Assembly: GCA_965215565.1 (NCBI GenBank)
Contig: CBDCDZ010000004.1
Coordinates: 2,368,001 to 2,432,000, forward strand
Source of the DNA: Trueperaceae bacterium
GTDB lineage: Bacteria > Deinococcota > Deinococci > Deinococcales > Trueperaceae
Direction: 5' to 3'
DNA: 64,000 nt
In this document: positions 41,375-50,693 of the stretch, piece after piece
How the letters are laid out: each line of letters opens with the position of its first letter
How positions within the stretch are numbered: position 1 is the stretch's first letter
The notes under the pieces: generated by a model
What the model was told of the DNA's origin: nothing
Database searches by the model: none
What the model saw: the letters and a program-made list of their open reading frames with translations, nothing else
Made by a program: the position numbers and the translations under genes

Positions 41375-42076
41375 CTATACCCTTTTCGAATCACTAACTC
41401 GCTGTAACGCCGAACTTTGCCCCGCTTCCAGCTTAGGTTTAGGCTGCCACAGATACGTTGCTATAAGCGAGGCCAAAATCGCTCCAAGTATAGGCGCAAA
41501 CCAATAGAGCCAGTGCTGTGACCAACTTCCTGCAAAAAGTGCGGGTGCAAAGCTCCTCGCAGGGTTCATGGACGCGCCCGTCAGCGTGCCACCCGCAACC
41601 GCGCACAAGGCTACGGTAAAACCGATATAGAGACCCGCCTGAGCCTGTTTCTGGATGACGCAAGTAGCAATGACAAACATCAGAAAGAACGTTAGCACAA
41701 CCTCTGTGGCGACGCCTTGTGCAGTGGATACCTCGGGCGCAAGCAGTGTCGCGCCGTAGCGAACGGCGTCTAGGCGTTCTGAACCATAAGTCGTTCGCAG
41801 TAAGAGCACAGCCAGCACCGCCCCTGAAAGTTCAGCGCTCCAGTAGAGTAAGAGGTTTCGAAAGCTCACGCGCCTCATCACCCAAAAACCAACGGTCACA
41901 GCGGGATTGAAGTGGGCGAAGGAGAGGGCTCCAACGGCCGCAATCATCACCGAAACCGTCAGGCCGAAAGCGAGCGCAACCGCTAAACTACTTGCTCCTG
42001 ACGCTATCGCTGCGACGCCTACGAATACAAGCGCAAACGTACCGATAAGTTCTGCCAACCAGATTCTTAGGCTCAC
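41375..42076 (-). CDS. MIP-family aquaporin, putative arsenite channel
   Basis: HFNPAVT and SMNPARS motifs; overlaps arsC. Confidence 0.9.
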   Translation of the reverse strand: MSLRIWLAELIGTFALVFVGVAAIASGASSLAVALAFGLTVSVMIAAVGALSFAHFNPAVTVGFWVMRRVSFRNLLLYWSAELSGAVLAVLLLRTTYGSERLDAVRYGATLLAPEVSTAQGVATEVVLTFFLMFVIATCVIQKQAQAGLYIGFTVALCAVAGGTLTGASMNPARSFAPALFAGSWSQHWLYWFAPILGAILASLIATYLWQPKPKLEAGQSSALQRVSDSKRV

Positions 42077-42525
42077 GTCGTCGCTTGCGGGTTGAGCGCT
42101 TTCTCGGTGGGAGTATCACCAGCTTTGAGCGTTTCAACAAGCGTTTTGCAGCTCATTCTTAAAGCGTCACGAACATCACGCCAGCGGTCCAAAGATTCGC
42201 CTGAAGGGTCAGGAAATGAGACGTGCAAGCGGGTCGTGCGAGCAGGATAAGCGGGACACGCTTCGTTTGCGCTGTCGCAAACAGTGAGGACCACGGCGAA
42301 GTTCCACATGTCGGGTAGGTCTGCGAGGGTTTTAGAGGTATGAGCGCTCAAATCGACGCCCACCTCTTGCATGACCGTTACCGCGTCCGGTTTCACGGCG
42401 GTCTTTTCAGTACCAGCCGAAAAAACCTCAGCGTCTAAGCCAAATGTTTCAGCGTAGTGTCTGAGCCAACCTTCCGCCATCTGACTACGGGCGGAATTAT
42501 GTGAACACAAAACGAGTAGGCGCAC
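42073..42525 (-). CDS. arsC: Arsenate reductase (LMW-PTP type)
   Basis: CSHNSARSQMAE, TVCD...EACP, FPDP. Confidence 0.9.
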   Translation of the reverse strand: MRLLVLCSHNSARSQMAEGWLRHYAETFGLDAEVFSAGTEKTAVKPDAVTVMQEVGVDLSAHTSKTLADLPDMWNFAVVLTVCDSANEACPAYPARTTRLHVSFPDPSGESLDRWRDVRDALRMSCKTLVETLKAGDTPTEKALNPQATT

Positions 42526-42837
42526 TTAGGAACACGTCTTTTCTGGCACGCCTTCAAACCTCTCGAGCACATCTTTAACCCCTCTAAAAGCACCAGGAAC
42601 CAGTTCATAAAAGACCCAACGTCCGCGCCGCTCTCCGGTAACGAAACCCGCCCGCTCGAGCTGCTTCATGTGATGACTAATCGTCGGTTGTTTGAGCCCT
42701 AAAAAGGTTTCCAGATCGCAACCGCACACGCCCTCTTCGCGGGAGCAACAACTTTGAACAGGAGCGTGTAAAAACTCGAGAATGCTGAGGCGCGTGGGGT
42801 CCGCGAGCACCTTGAACTTATCGGATAAGTGACTCAT
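42526..42837 (-). CDS. arsR: ArsR/SmtB repressor
   Basis: LADPTRL, CC....VCGCDL, QPTISHH. Confidence 0.9.
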   Translation of the reverse strand: MSHLSDKFKVLADPTRLSILEFLHAPVQSCCSREEGVCGCDLETFLGLKQPTISHHMKQLERAGFVTGERRGRWVFYELVPGAFRGVKDVLERFEGVPEKTCS

Positions 42838-43040
42838 AGATAAAAGCCTATCAATAGATGGCGGTCTATATGTCAAGACAGTGTCAGGTCGATAGGCAAT
42901 CTCTGAATATTTGGTTACATCCGGGCAAGCATTCTCTGCCAACAACCTGTGCGCCTTACTGAGCCTCGAGCCTTGACCCCTTCCCCTCCACAGCGTAGAG
43001 TGTCCTACTTGACAAACTAAGAGGTTAAGAGGAGGGCATC

Positions 43041-44501
43041 ATGCAAGGTCTAGGTTTAGGCAGGCGTATCGCACTCGTAGCAGGACCGCTGCTCTGCGTC
43101 ATCCCTTTTATATTCTCCGCCCCGGCGGGCTTGTCCGACCCTGCTTGGCGCTTGGTAGGGCTGACGCTTTGGATGGCGACGTGGTGGCTGAGCGAGGTCA
43201 TCCCGCTCGCCGCCACCGCCCTCATCCCGATTCCGATGATGCCGCTTTTGGGCATCGCTGAAGAGGACCCCATCGCCGCGAGCTACGCCGACCCTCTTAT
43301 CTTCCTCTTTCTAGGCGGCTTTCTCATCGCCGCCGCCATGCAGCGCTGGGGACTGCACCGCCGCATCGCCCTCAATATCGTGCGCGTCGTCGGGACGAGT
43401 CCGGGCGGCATCATCGGTGGGTTCATGATCGCTACCGCGTTTTTATCCATGTGGATTTCGAATACAGCGACGTCAGTCATGATGTTCGCCGTCGGTATCT
43501 CTCTAATCGACTACATCGAAGACCACAGCGACGACGCGGCGAAGGTGCGTAATTTCGGCGTGGCGCTCATGTTGGGAATTGCGTATAGCGCCTCAATTGG
43601 TGGGGTTGCGACGCTCATCGGCACGCCGCCGAACGGCCTCATGGCGAGCTTTCTCTCCGACACCTACCAAACGGACATCAACTTCAGCACTTGGATGCTC
43701 ATCGGCGTGCCGATTATGCTCGTCATGCTGCCTATCGTGTGGGTGTGGTTGACCCGCTTAGCGTTTCCGATTAGCGGGATGCAACTTAGCGGGGCGAGCG
43801 ACGTGATTCAAAATGAGGTGGACGAACTCGGCGCGATGAGCCGAGGCGAAAAGATTGTCCTTATCATCTTTGTACTTACCGCCTTGTGCTGGATTGCTGG
43901 TGACTTCATCACGGGAGTTTTAGGGTTGAGCATTTCCGATACAGGCGTCGCTATCGCAGCGTCGGTGGCGCTTTTCGCCATACCCGTGTCGCTCAAGGAC
44001 CGGGAGTTCGCCCTCGACTGGGAGTCGGCGGTGGACATTCCTTGGGGCGTGCTGCTCCTCTTCGGCGGCGGCTTGGCTTTAGCAAGTGCGTTTGGCAGTA
44101 CGGGCTTGGCGGAGTCCATCGGCAACGGCGTCAGCGGGCTGCAAAACGTCAATATTTGGCTCATCGTTCTAGTGGTGAGCGTCGTGATTATCTTCTTGAC
44201 CGAACTCACCTCCAACACGGCGACGGCGGCGACCTTCTTGCCCATCATGGGCGCGGCGGCAGTTGGGCTGGGGCAGAGCCCCTTGCTGCTCGTCGTACCG
44301 GTTGCGGTGTCCGCGTCGATGGCGTTCATGATGCCCGTCGCCACGCCGCCCAACGCGATTGTCTTTGCTTATGAGGGCTTGCGCATTCAAGATATGGTGA
44401 AAGCGGGCGCAATTTTGAACGTATTGACCATCGGCATCGTATTTTTGGCAATGTATTTCTTAGTGCCTCTGGTGCTGGATGTGTCGGTGGGAGTGGGTTA
44501 A
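43041..44501 (+). CDS. DASS/SLC13 sodium:dicarboxylate or sulfate symporter
   Basis: SMWISNTAT, GTPPN, TSNTAT, PVATPPNA. Confidence 0.93.
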   Translation: MQGLGLGRRIALVAGPLLCVIPFIFSAPAGLSDPAWRLVGLTLWMATWWLSEVIPLAATALIPIPMMPLLGIAEEDPIAASYADPLIFLFLGGFLIAAAMQRWGLHRRIALNIVRVVGTSPGGIIGGFMIATAFLSMWISNTATSVMMFAVGISLIDYIEDHSDDAAKVRNFGVALMLGIAYSASIGGVATLIGTPPNGLMASFLSDTYQTDINFSTWMLIGVPIMLVMLPIVWVWLTRLAFPISGMQLSGASDVIQNEVDELGAMSRGEKIVLIIFVLTALCWIAGDFITGVLGLSISDTGVAIAASVALFAIPVSLKDREFALDWESAVDIPWGVLLLFGGGLALASAFGSTGLAESIGNGVSGLQNVNIWLIVLVVSVVIIFLTELTSNTATAATFLPIMGAAAVGLGQSPLLLVVPVAVSASMAFMMPVATPPNAIVFAYEGLRIQDMVKAGAILNVLTIGIVFLAMYFLVPLVLDVSVGVG

Positions 44502-44520
44502 GAATAAGCAATGAGTTCCG

Positions 44521-44583
44521 AGCAATCCAGTCGAGCTGGACGGTACAGTGAGCAATGAGTGAAAATCTTCAGACTCATTGCTC
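44521..44583. repeat. TGAGCAA-type palindromic repeat, shared with 61089-61299
   Basis: 35-nt hairpin with 2 mismatches to 61265-61299, plus AGCAATCCAGTCRAGCTGG at both loci. Confidence 0.75.
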
Positions 44584-44628
44584 GTTGCTTTTAACTTTTC
44601 TCAGTGCCTATTGCTCCCGGCTGAGGGC

Positions 44629-45651
44629 TCAGCCCAACGTCCGCGCTCCATAATCCCGAATCATTCGATAAGGATACAGCTCTGGCAGAGCGCTCACCTC
44701 ATCTAACTTTGAGCGTTCCTCGTCGCTTAAAGTTAAATCAGCCGCGCCTAAATTGTCTTCTAACTGCGCCATCGTCCGCACGCCCAAAATGACGCTCGAG
44801 ACCTCTTCTCTTCCCCGTAACCAAGCCAGCGCCACCTGCGGCACGCTCGCGCCGTGCGCTTGGGCGACCTCTTCCACGACCTCTAAAATGCGCCAGTTCT
44901 GCTCCGTGTTGCGCCGCTCCCACGACTCCTCGTTGGCGTCGCCCGTCGTTGCGATGCGCCCTTCCTGAGGGTCCTCGGGTTTTTCGTCTCGCTTGTATTT
45001 GCCCGATAAAAAGCCGCCACCGAGCGGTCCCCAAGGTGTGAGTCCGACCCCCTCGGAGAGCGCTAGGTCGCTAAACTCGTGCTCGATGTCGCGCTTGACC
45101 AAGCTGTACTGATACTGCCCCGCCACGAAGCGGCTCCAGCCGTGCGCGTCGCTTACACTCAGCGCCTTCATCAGTTGCCACGCCTTGAAGTTCGACACGC
45201 CGATGTAGCGCACGTGCTCGTGTTGGATGAGGGTGTCTAAAGCGCGTAGGGTTTCCTCGAGCGGCGTAAAGGGGTCCCAGCAGTGAACGTACAAGAGGTC
45301 GATTCGGTCCGTATTTAGACGCTTTAAGCTCTCTTTTACGCCGTTCAAAATGTGATGGCGCGACAAACCTACGTCGTTTCTGCCCTCACCTGTTGGAAAA
45401 CGTACTTTCGTCGCTAGGATGACCTCATCGCGCCGGTCTTTAATCACTTCGCCGACGATCTCTTCGGAGCGTCCGCCTACGTACACGTCCGCTGTGTCGA
45501 TGAAGTTGCCGCCCGCATCTAGAAAACGGTGGATGATGTTGGTTGCGTCCTCTTTGGACGTACCTCTCGGACCCTCTTCGCCGAAAATCATCGTGCCGAG
45601 CGAGAGGTCCGAGACGATGAGTCCGCTGTTGCCGAGTCGTTTGTAGTTCAT
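44629..45651 (-). CDS. Aldo/keto reductase
   Basis: LGTM.FG, DTADVY, IDLLYVH, GVSN, PLGGG.L.GKY. Confidence 0.93.
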   Translation of the reverse strand: MNYKRLGNSGLIVSDLSLGTMIFGEEGPRGTSKEDATNIIHRFLDAGGNFIDTADVYVGGRSEEIVGEVIKDRRDEVILATKVRFPTGEGRNDVGLSRHHILNGVKESLKRLNTDRIDLLYVHCWDPFTPLEETLRALDTLIQHEHVRYIGVSNFKAWQLMKALSVSDAHGWSRFVAGQYQYSLVKRDIEHEFSDLALSEGVGLTPWGPLGGGFLSGKYKRDEKPEDPQEGRIATTGDANEESWERRNTEQNWRILEVVEEVAQAHGASVPQVALAWLRGREEVSSVILGVRTMAQLEDNLGAADLTLSDEERSKLDEVSALPELYPYRMIRDYGARTLG

Positions 45652-45755
45652 GTTTGCCTCCTTAAAAACGCTCAACAGCATAGTCGCGTGAAGTTGACAA
45701 CGTATGTAAGATAGGCGCATACTTGCGATGAAGGGTTTTTCAGCGGTCACTGCGC

Positions 45756-45866
45756 TTGTATCACGCAGATATCATCTCTAAACGTGCGCGTTGCATGGTG
45801 TTAATTTTAGTGAGAGCGTTGATGACCAGCTCCGAACGTAGTGAGACAGACTTTGATACCTGCTAT
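45756..45866 (-). mobile_element. TAGCA repeat family copy H, short form with a 24-nt insertion
   Basis: GCAGATATCATCT...GACCAG[CTCCGAACGTAGTGAGACAGACTT]TGATACCTGCTAT. Confidence 0.75.
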
Positions 45867-46203
45867 TAGCCTTGAAAGGGGGTGACGCTATGCTCACAAG
45901 GACCTTGACAGAGAATCTATATACGCGGGCGTGGCGCGTCCTCTCGTTGAATTTTTGAAGTAGCGCCACACCTCAACTTAAAATTAGGCGTCTTGTGAAA
46001 TCTGCCGTATGTGCGGTCTTGAAATGGGGTCATGATGAAGCGACCTGTGACTCGAGTCCAAGCTACAAAACGTCTTTACAGCTTTAGCCTCTCAAGAGGT
46101 TAAAACAACTCGCGAGCATCATCTTTATCAAGCACGCACGAAGTAGCGGCTTACTGACCGATTGCGTTCCTACCTAGATGATACCTCGCTCTGGAGGAAT
46201 TAC

Positions 46204-47088
46204 TTGTACGATTACGATGATTTTGAAGACATGGAAGAATCCTTTGCCAAGCGCAAAGACCGCCGCAAACCCAAAGGGCGGCGCTCGGTCAAGGAACTCG
46301 AGCAAACCAAGGAGAAGAACGAACCCCGCTTCGAAGAACCCGGCTTACAGCATGTCTTCGAACTCGGCGCAATGAACGAACTCATCGGTGAGCTTAAAAG
46401 TGGCAAAGAGGCGACGGTCTACCTTGCCAAAGGTCCGCAAGGTCTTCTAGCCGCTAAGCTCTACAGCGATATGGCGGTGCGCTCGTTCAAAAATGACCAG
46501 GTGTACCGCGACGGTCGCTTTATCGGCGACGCGAAGATAGAAAAGGCGATTGCACAGCGTTCGCGCACGGGGCTCAACGTGCAGCAAGCGCTCTGGATTT
46601 TGCACGAATACATTCAGCTTTGGGAACTTCATGAAGCGGGCATCCCAGTGCCGAAACCCGCCGTGGGTCCGGGTCTAAACGAATGCGCGAAAGCCGGGCG
46701 CGTCGTTTTGATGGAGTTCATCGGTGACGAAGCGGGCGTCGCTGCGCCGCGTCTCGCGGACGTGAGGCTCGAGCCAGAAGAAGCTGAAGACGCCTTTCAG
46801 CAGAGCCTAGACATCATGGTGAGCTTGCTTAAACTCGGCAAGGTGCATGGCGACTACTCCGCGTACAACCTCTTGTGGTGGGAAGAACGTGTCATCGTCA
46901 TCGACGTGCCGCAGATGGTGAATGTCAAGGAGAACAAGCACGCGCCAGAGTTGCTAGAACAAGATGTGGAGTCGCTCTGTCAGTCGTTTAGGCGCATGGT
47001 AGACGCGGACCCGCAGATAGTTTTGCACAAAGTGAGGCAGCGAGCGGGACTGAACCCGGCGCTGAATCCGCTCGGTCAGGGTGGATAA
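46204..47088 (+). CDS. RIO1-family atypical Ser/Thr kinase
   Basis: KSGKEATVY, AAK.Y, LMEFIG, VHGDYSAYNLL, IDVPQ; GGAGGA RBS before TTG. Confidence 0.9.
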   Translation: MYDYDDFEDMEESFAKRKDRRKPKGRRSVKELEQTKEKNEPRFEEPGLQHVFELGAMNELIGELKSGKEATVYLAKGPQGLLAAKLYSDMAVRSFKNDQVYRDGRFIGDAKIEKAIAQRSRTGLNVQQALWILHEYIQLWELHEAGIPVPKPAVGPGLNECAKAGRVVLMEFIGDEAGVAAPRLADVRLEPEEAEDAFQQSLDIMVSLLKLGKVHGDYSAYNLLWWEERVIVIDVPQMVNVKENKHAPELLEQDVESLCQSFRRMVDADPQIVLHKVRQRAGLNPALNPLGQGG

Positions 47089-47314
47089 GGTGGAGGCCTG
47101 AGCCCTTCCTCACATTCGAGAGGTCTTTCCACCTCTTCTAGATTTTTGCGAAAGAGGTCTCAACCTCTTCAGCGTGAGCTAACTCACTTTCGTGAAAAAA
47201 TTACGTCAATACTTAGGAAGTTTGTTCTCAAAGCGCTAATTACGCCCTGTTTAGAGGATTATGGTGAAGTGTGTAAATAGATTTCACTTTTCATTTCTCA
47301 ATTGAGGGGGAAGT

Positions 47315-47875
47315 ATGGGACAGTTAGATAACAAACGCATCGCCGCGCTCGTCACCGACGGCTTCGAGCAAGTTGAACTCACCGAGCCGATGAAAGCGCT
47401 GCAAGACGCGGGCGCACAGGTAGATATCGTCTCGCCGAAAGACGGCAAGGTCACGGGCTGGGCGTCCACCGATTGGGGCGATGAGTTCAGCGTGGACATC
47501 AAGCTCGAGAACGCCGAAGTGGGCGACTACGACGGGCTTCTCTTGCCAGGCGGACAGATCAACCCCGACAAGCTCCGCACCGAAGAGAAAGCGGTCTCGT
47601 TCGTGAGAGACTTTTTCGAAGCGCATAAGCCCGTCGCTGCGATTTGTCACGGACCTTGGCTCTTAGTCGAGGCGGATGTGGTCAAGGACCGCAAAGTGAC
47701 CTCTTACCCGAGCATCAAGACCGACCTCAAAAATGCAGGCGCGAACTGGGTGGATCAAGAGGTAGTCACCGATCAAGGGCTCGTCACCAGCCGTAACCCG
47801 GACGACCTGCCCGCGTTTAACGCTAAGATGATCGAGGAGTTTGCTGAAGGCAAGCACGCAGAACAGACAGTTTAG
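47315..47875 (+). CDS. PfpI/DJ-1 family protein
   Basis: GFEQVE, PGG..NPD.LR, AICHGPW, TSR.P.DL. Confidence 0.93.
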   Translation: MGQLDNKRIAALVTDGFEQVELTEPMKALQDAGAQVDIVSPKDGKVTGWASTDWGDEFSVDIKLENAEVGDYDGLLLPGGQINPDKLRTEEKAVSFVRDFFEAHKPVAAICHGPWLLVEADVVKDRKVTSYPSIKTDLKNAGANWVDQEVVTDQGLVTSRNPDDLPAFNAKMIEEFAEGKHAEQTV

Positions 47876-47940
47876 GAAAACGGTCTGAGCGAACCGCTCA
47901 AGTCAACTCCGTAGCGATTCATATCTTTGGGAGGAATCAC

Positions 47941-48384
47941 ATGGCAGTAAACAACGACAAAGCAGTTGAGTCCCTGAATTACCTCATCGGTACCTTACAC
48001 GATGGTGAAACGGGCTACCGCGAGGCTGCTGACGAGATAGAAACCGCGCAGTTCAAAACTGTTTTTAACCGCATTGCGCAGGAGCGGGCGAGCTTCCGCG
48101 CAGAACTGGAACAAGAGGTGCGCCGTCACGGAGGCGAGCCGCAAGAGGGCGGCAGCACCGCAGCCTCACTTCACCGCACCTGGATCAACGTGCGCGACAC
48201 CATCACGGGCAAGAGCGACGAGGACGTTTTAGCCGAGGTCGAGCGCGGCGACGAGACCGCTATCGAAAACTACAACGACGTTTTGCAGCGCGACCTGCCC
48301 GGCGACCTTGCACCGACCGTTCGGCAGCAGCACGACAAGATTCAACAAACGTTGCAAGAGGTCCGCACGCTCAAAAAGGTTTAA
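47941..48384 (+). CDS. PA2169/DUF2383 four-helix-bundle protein
   Basis: LN.LI....DG..GY, LHR.W, ERGD..A...Y. Confidence 0.88.
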   Translation: MAVNNDKAVESLNYLIGTLHDGETGYREAADEIETAQFKTVFNRIAQERASFRAELEQEVRRHGGEPQEGGSTAASLHRTWINVRDTITGKSDEDVLAEVERGDETAIENYNDVLQRDLPGDLAPTVRQQHDKIQQTLQEVRTLKKV

Positions 48385-48399
48385 GGATATCCGAACGTG

Positions 48400-48428
48400 A
48401 AAGCACGCCTTTAGCGCGTGCTTTTTTT
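48400..48428 (+). terminator. Intrinsic terminator
   Basis: AAGCACGC/GCGTGCTT stem followed by a T-run. Confidence 0.7.
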
Positions 48429-48450
48429 AGCGCTACTTTGTAGGGGGTAG

Positions 48451-48876
48451 ATGATGGCGACGGTTTTAGGACTTTACGACGATTTGGACGGACTTTACAA
48501 GGCGATTGACGTTTTGGAGAAAGAAGGCTTGGGCGACGACATCAGCCACGTGTTTGAAGGTAGTGAGGGTGAGGGCGCGTCCGATGCGGGCGGCAACGCC
48601 GACCAAGAGGTCAGCAATGAGGGGCTTTTGGGCACGACCCAAACGATCGGTGCGGGCGGCGTGGCGAATCAAGGTGGGAGCACGCACCCGATGACGGTTG
48701 ACCTGCAGGGGACGCTTACGCGTTTAGACGGCTTAGGTGAGGAGGGCGACTTCTTCCGCAACAGCGTGCAGCACGGCGGCAAGCTCGTCATGTTGGACAC
48801 CGACGACACGAGCAGAGTCGTCGAAGTGCTCGAGGAGACGGGCGCAGAACGCATTCACGACCCGCGTGACACCTAG
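48451..48876 (+). CDS. Hypothetical acidic protein, general-stress-protein-like
   Basis: RBS AGGGGG; TVLGLYDD N-terminus; GG.LV C-terminal region. Confidence 0.6.
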   Translation: MMATVLGLYDDLDGLYKAIDVLEKEGLGDDISHVFEGSEGEGASDAGGNADQEVSNEGLLGTTQTIGAGGVANQGGSTHPMTVDLQGTLTRLDGLGEEGDFFRNSVQHGGKLVMLDTDDTSRVVEVLEETGAERIHDPRDT

Positions 48877-48890
48877 TTTGCGGCTCGGAC

Positions 48891-49979
48891 ATGATCACAC
48901 CTAAAAACGCGCTCTTACTCGAGGGCGATCCTGAAGTCTCAGCCAAGCTCGCTAGACTTCACTACGTCCACGACGACGAACCGGGCATCAGGCGCAAGCC
49001 GTGGGGCAAGGGTTTTACCTACCTTAAGCCGGACGGGTCTAGGCTTACGGATAAGGAGGAGAAAGCGCGCATCAAGTCGCTCGCGGTTCCGCCTGCCTAC
49101 ACAGACGTGTGGATTTGCACCTCCCCCCGAGGACACATTCTCGCCACCGGGCGCGACGATAGAGGGCGCAAGCAGTACATCTATCATCCTGAGTGGCGCA
49201 AGGTGCGCGATGAAACCAAGTACAACCGCATGGTGGCGTTTGGCGAAATTCTGCCCAAACTGCGCCACCGGATCGACGAGGACATGGCGCAGCCGGGCTT
49301 AGGGCGCGACAAGGTGCTAGCGACGGTGGTCAAGCTTTTAGAAACCACTTTGATTCGCGTGGGCAACGCCCAGTACGCGCAGGAAAACGAGTCATACGGG
49401 CTCACCACCATCCGCAAAAAGCACGTGGAGGTAGACGACGACACCGTCACCTTTGAGTTTGTGGGCAAGGGCGGTAAGGACTGGCATATCGAGTTGGAAG
49501 ACGAGCGCATCGCTGAAATCGTCAGTGCGTGCGAGGATGTGCCGGGTTACGAGCTGTTCAAATACTTTGACGAAGACGGCGAACGTGTGGACGTCGAGTC
49601 GGCGCACGTCAACGAGTATTTGCAGCGCATCTCCGGGCAGGAGATCACCGCAAAGGATTTTCGCACCTGGGCGGGTACGGTTTTAGCGGCGTTAGCACTG
49701 GAGGAATTCGAGGCGTTCGACTCCGAAACACAAGCCAAGAAGAACGTTGTAAGGGCCATCGAGCGCGTCGCGCAACACCTCGGCAACACGCCGAGCATTG
49801 CGCGGCAGTCGTACGTGCATCCGCAAATCATCGACGCTTACTTGGAAGGGTCGCTGCGCGAGTCTCTCAGGAAACGCGCGGAGAAGAAGCTCAAGAAGCT
49901 GCGCGGGCTCGAGCCCGAAGAGGCGGCTGTACTGGCGTTCTTGAAAAGTCGGTTAGAAGAGGCGAAGCCAGCCCGGTAA
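48891..49979 (+). CDS. DNA topoisomerase IB (bacterial/poxvirus type)
   Basis: VPPAY.DVWI, GRKQYIY, IRVGN, GKGGK, KDFRTW, HLGNT....R.SYVHP. Confidence 0.95.
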   Translation: MITPKNALLLEGDPEVSAKLARLHYVHDDEPGIRRKPWGKGFTYLKPDGSRLTDKEEKARIKSLAVPPAYTDVWICTSPRGHILATGRDDRGRKQYIYHPEWRKVRDETKYNRMVAFGEILPKLRHRIDEDMAQPGLGRDKVLATVVKLLETTLIRVGNAQYAQENESYGLTTIRKKHVEVDDDTVTFEFVGKGGKDWHIELEDERIAEIVSACEDVPGYELFKYFDEDGERVDVESAHVNEYLQRISGQEITAKDFRTWAGTVLAALALEEFEAFDSETQAKKNVVRAIERVAQHLGNTPSIARQSYVHPQIIDAYLEGSLRESLRKRAEKKLKKLRGLEPEEAAVLAFLKSRLEEAKPAR

Positions 49980-50000
49980 TGTAACCGGGTACTCCAACGC

Positions 50001-50029
50001 GCAGGGACGGGTTTAGAACCCGCCCCCAC
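50001..50029 (-). repeat. REP-like palindrome
   Basis: GTGGGGGCGGGTTCTAAACCCGTCCCTGC resembles GTAG-type REPs; single copy in the window. Confidence 0.45.
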
Positions 50030-50091
50030 ACACTTGTATTCATCTAAACGCAGCACCAAACTGTAGGAGGATTTCATCCCCCTACAGTGCT

Positions 50092-50475
50092 TTACTGCTC
50101 TGCGCCCTCAGGTAAAAAAGCGGCGGAGTCGTAGTAGGTCCGAAAGCGCACGACTTCGCCCCCTTCGGTATCAAAGGAGCTGACGCCTTGATAGTCGATG
50201 TCGTGGCCGTTCGCGAGTTTGCCCTTAGACTCCCACTCGAGCACCACCGTCTCGTCATCCTCCGTGACTTTGAAAAACTCAGTGCTGATGGTATCAAAAG
50301 GCTCTAAGTACTCCTGCCAGAACCGCGTCGCCTCCTCTTTGCCTTCGTACGTTTTATGCGTCAGCCGCGTCAGCTCTGCCCCGTCGCTGAACAACTCGAC
50401 GAGGGCGTCCACCTGGTTTTCCTTTTCGGTGGTCTGCAGCGCGTTCATGAACTTCTCCGCAATTTCGCTTGCCAT
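50092..50475 (-). CDS. SnoaL/NTF2-like protein
   Basis: LFSDGAEL, LEW...G, RFRTYYD. Confidence 0.8.
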   Translation of the reverse strand: MASEIAEKFMNALQTTEKENQVDALVELFSDGAELTRLTHKTYEGKEEATRFWQEYLEPFDTISTEFFKVTEDDETVVLEWESKGKLANGHDIDYQGVSSFDTEGGEVVRFRTYYDSAAFLPEGAEQ

Positions 50476-50693
50476 TGCTACCTCCTGGTGAAATCCAGCT
50501 TACCGATTTACGCTCCAAACAATAGCGTTCGGGCGCAAAATGTGTAGGGTTGCGTCTCGAAGCTCGAGCTTCGAGACAGAAATATCGGTTGCGGCAATTT
50601 ATAGAGGGCGATCAGGCATCAGAATTCAGCTTGAAGATGATGCTAAATTCTGACTACCCAAAACCCCGCCGCCTTTATTCCACCTGCGCTCAA

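Noticed and set aside
48891..49979. TopIB as an integrase marking a mobile element
   Set aside because: Motifs fit topoisomerase IB; no att sites or mobile cargo seen.
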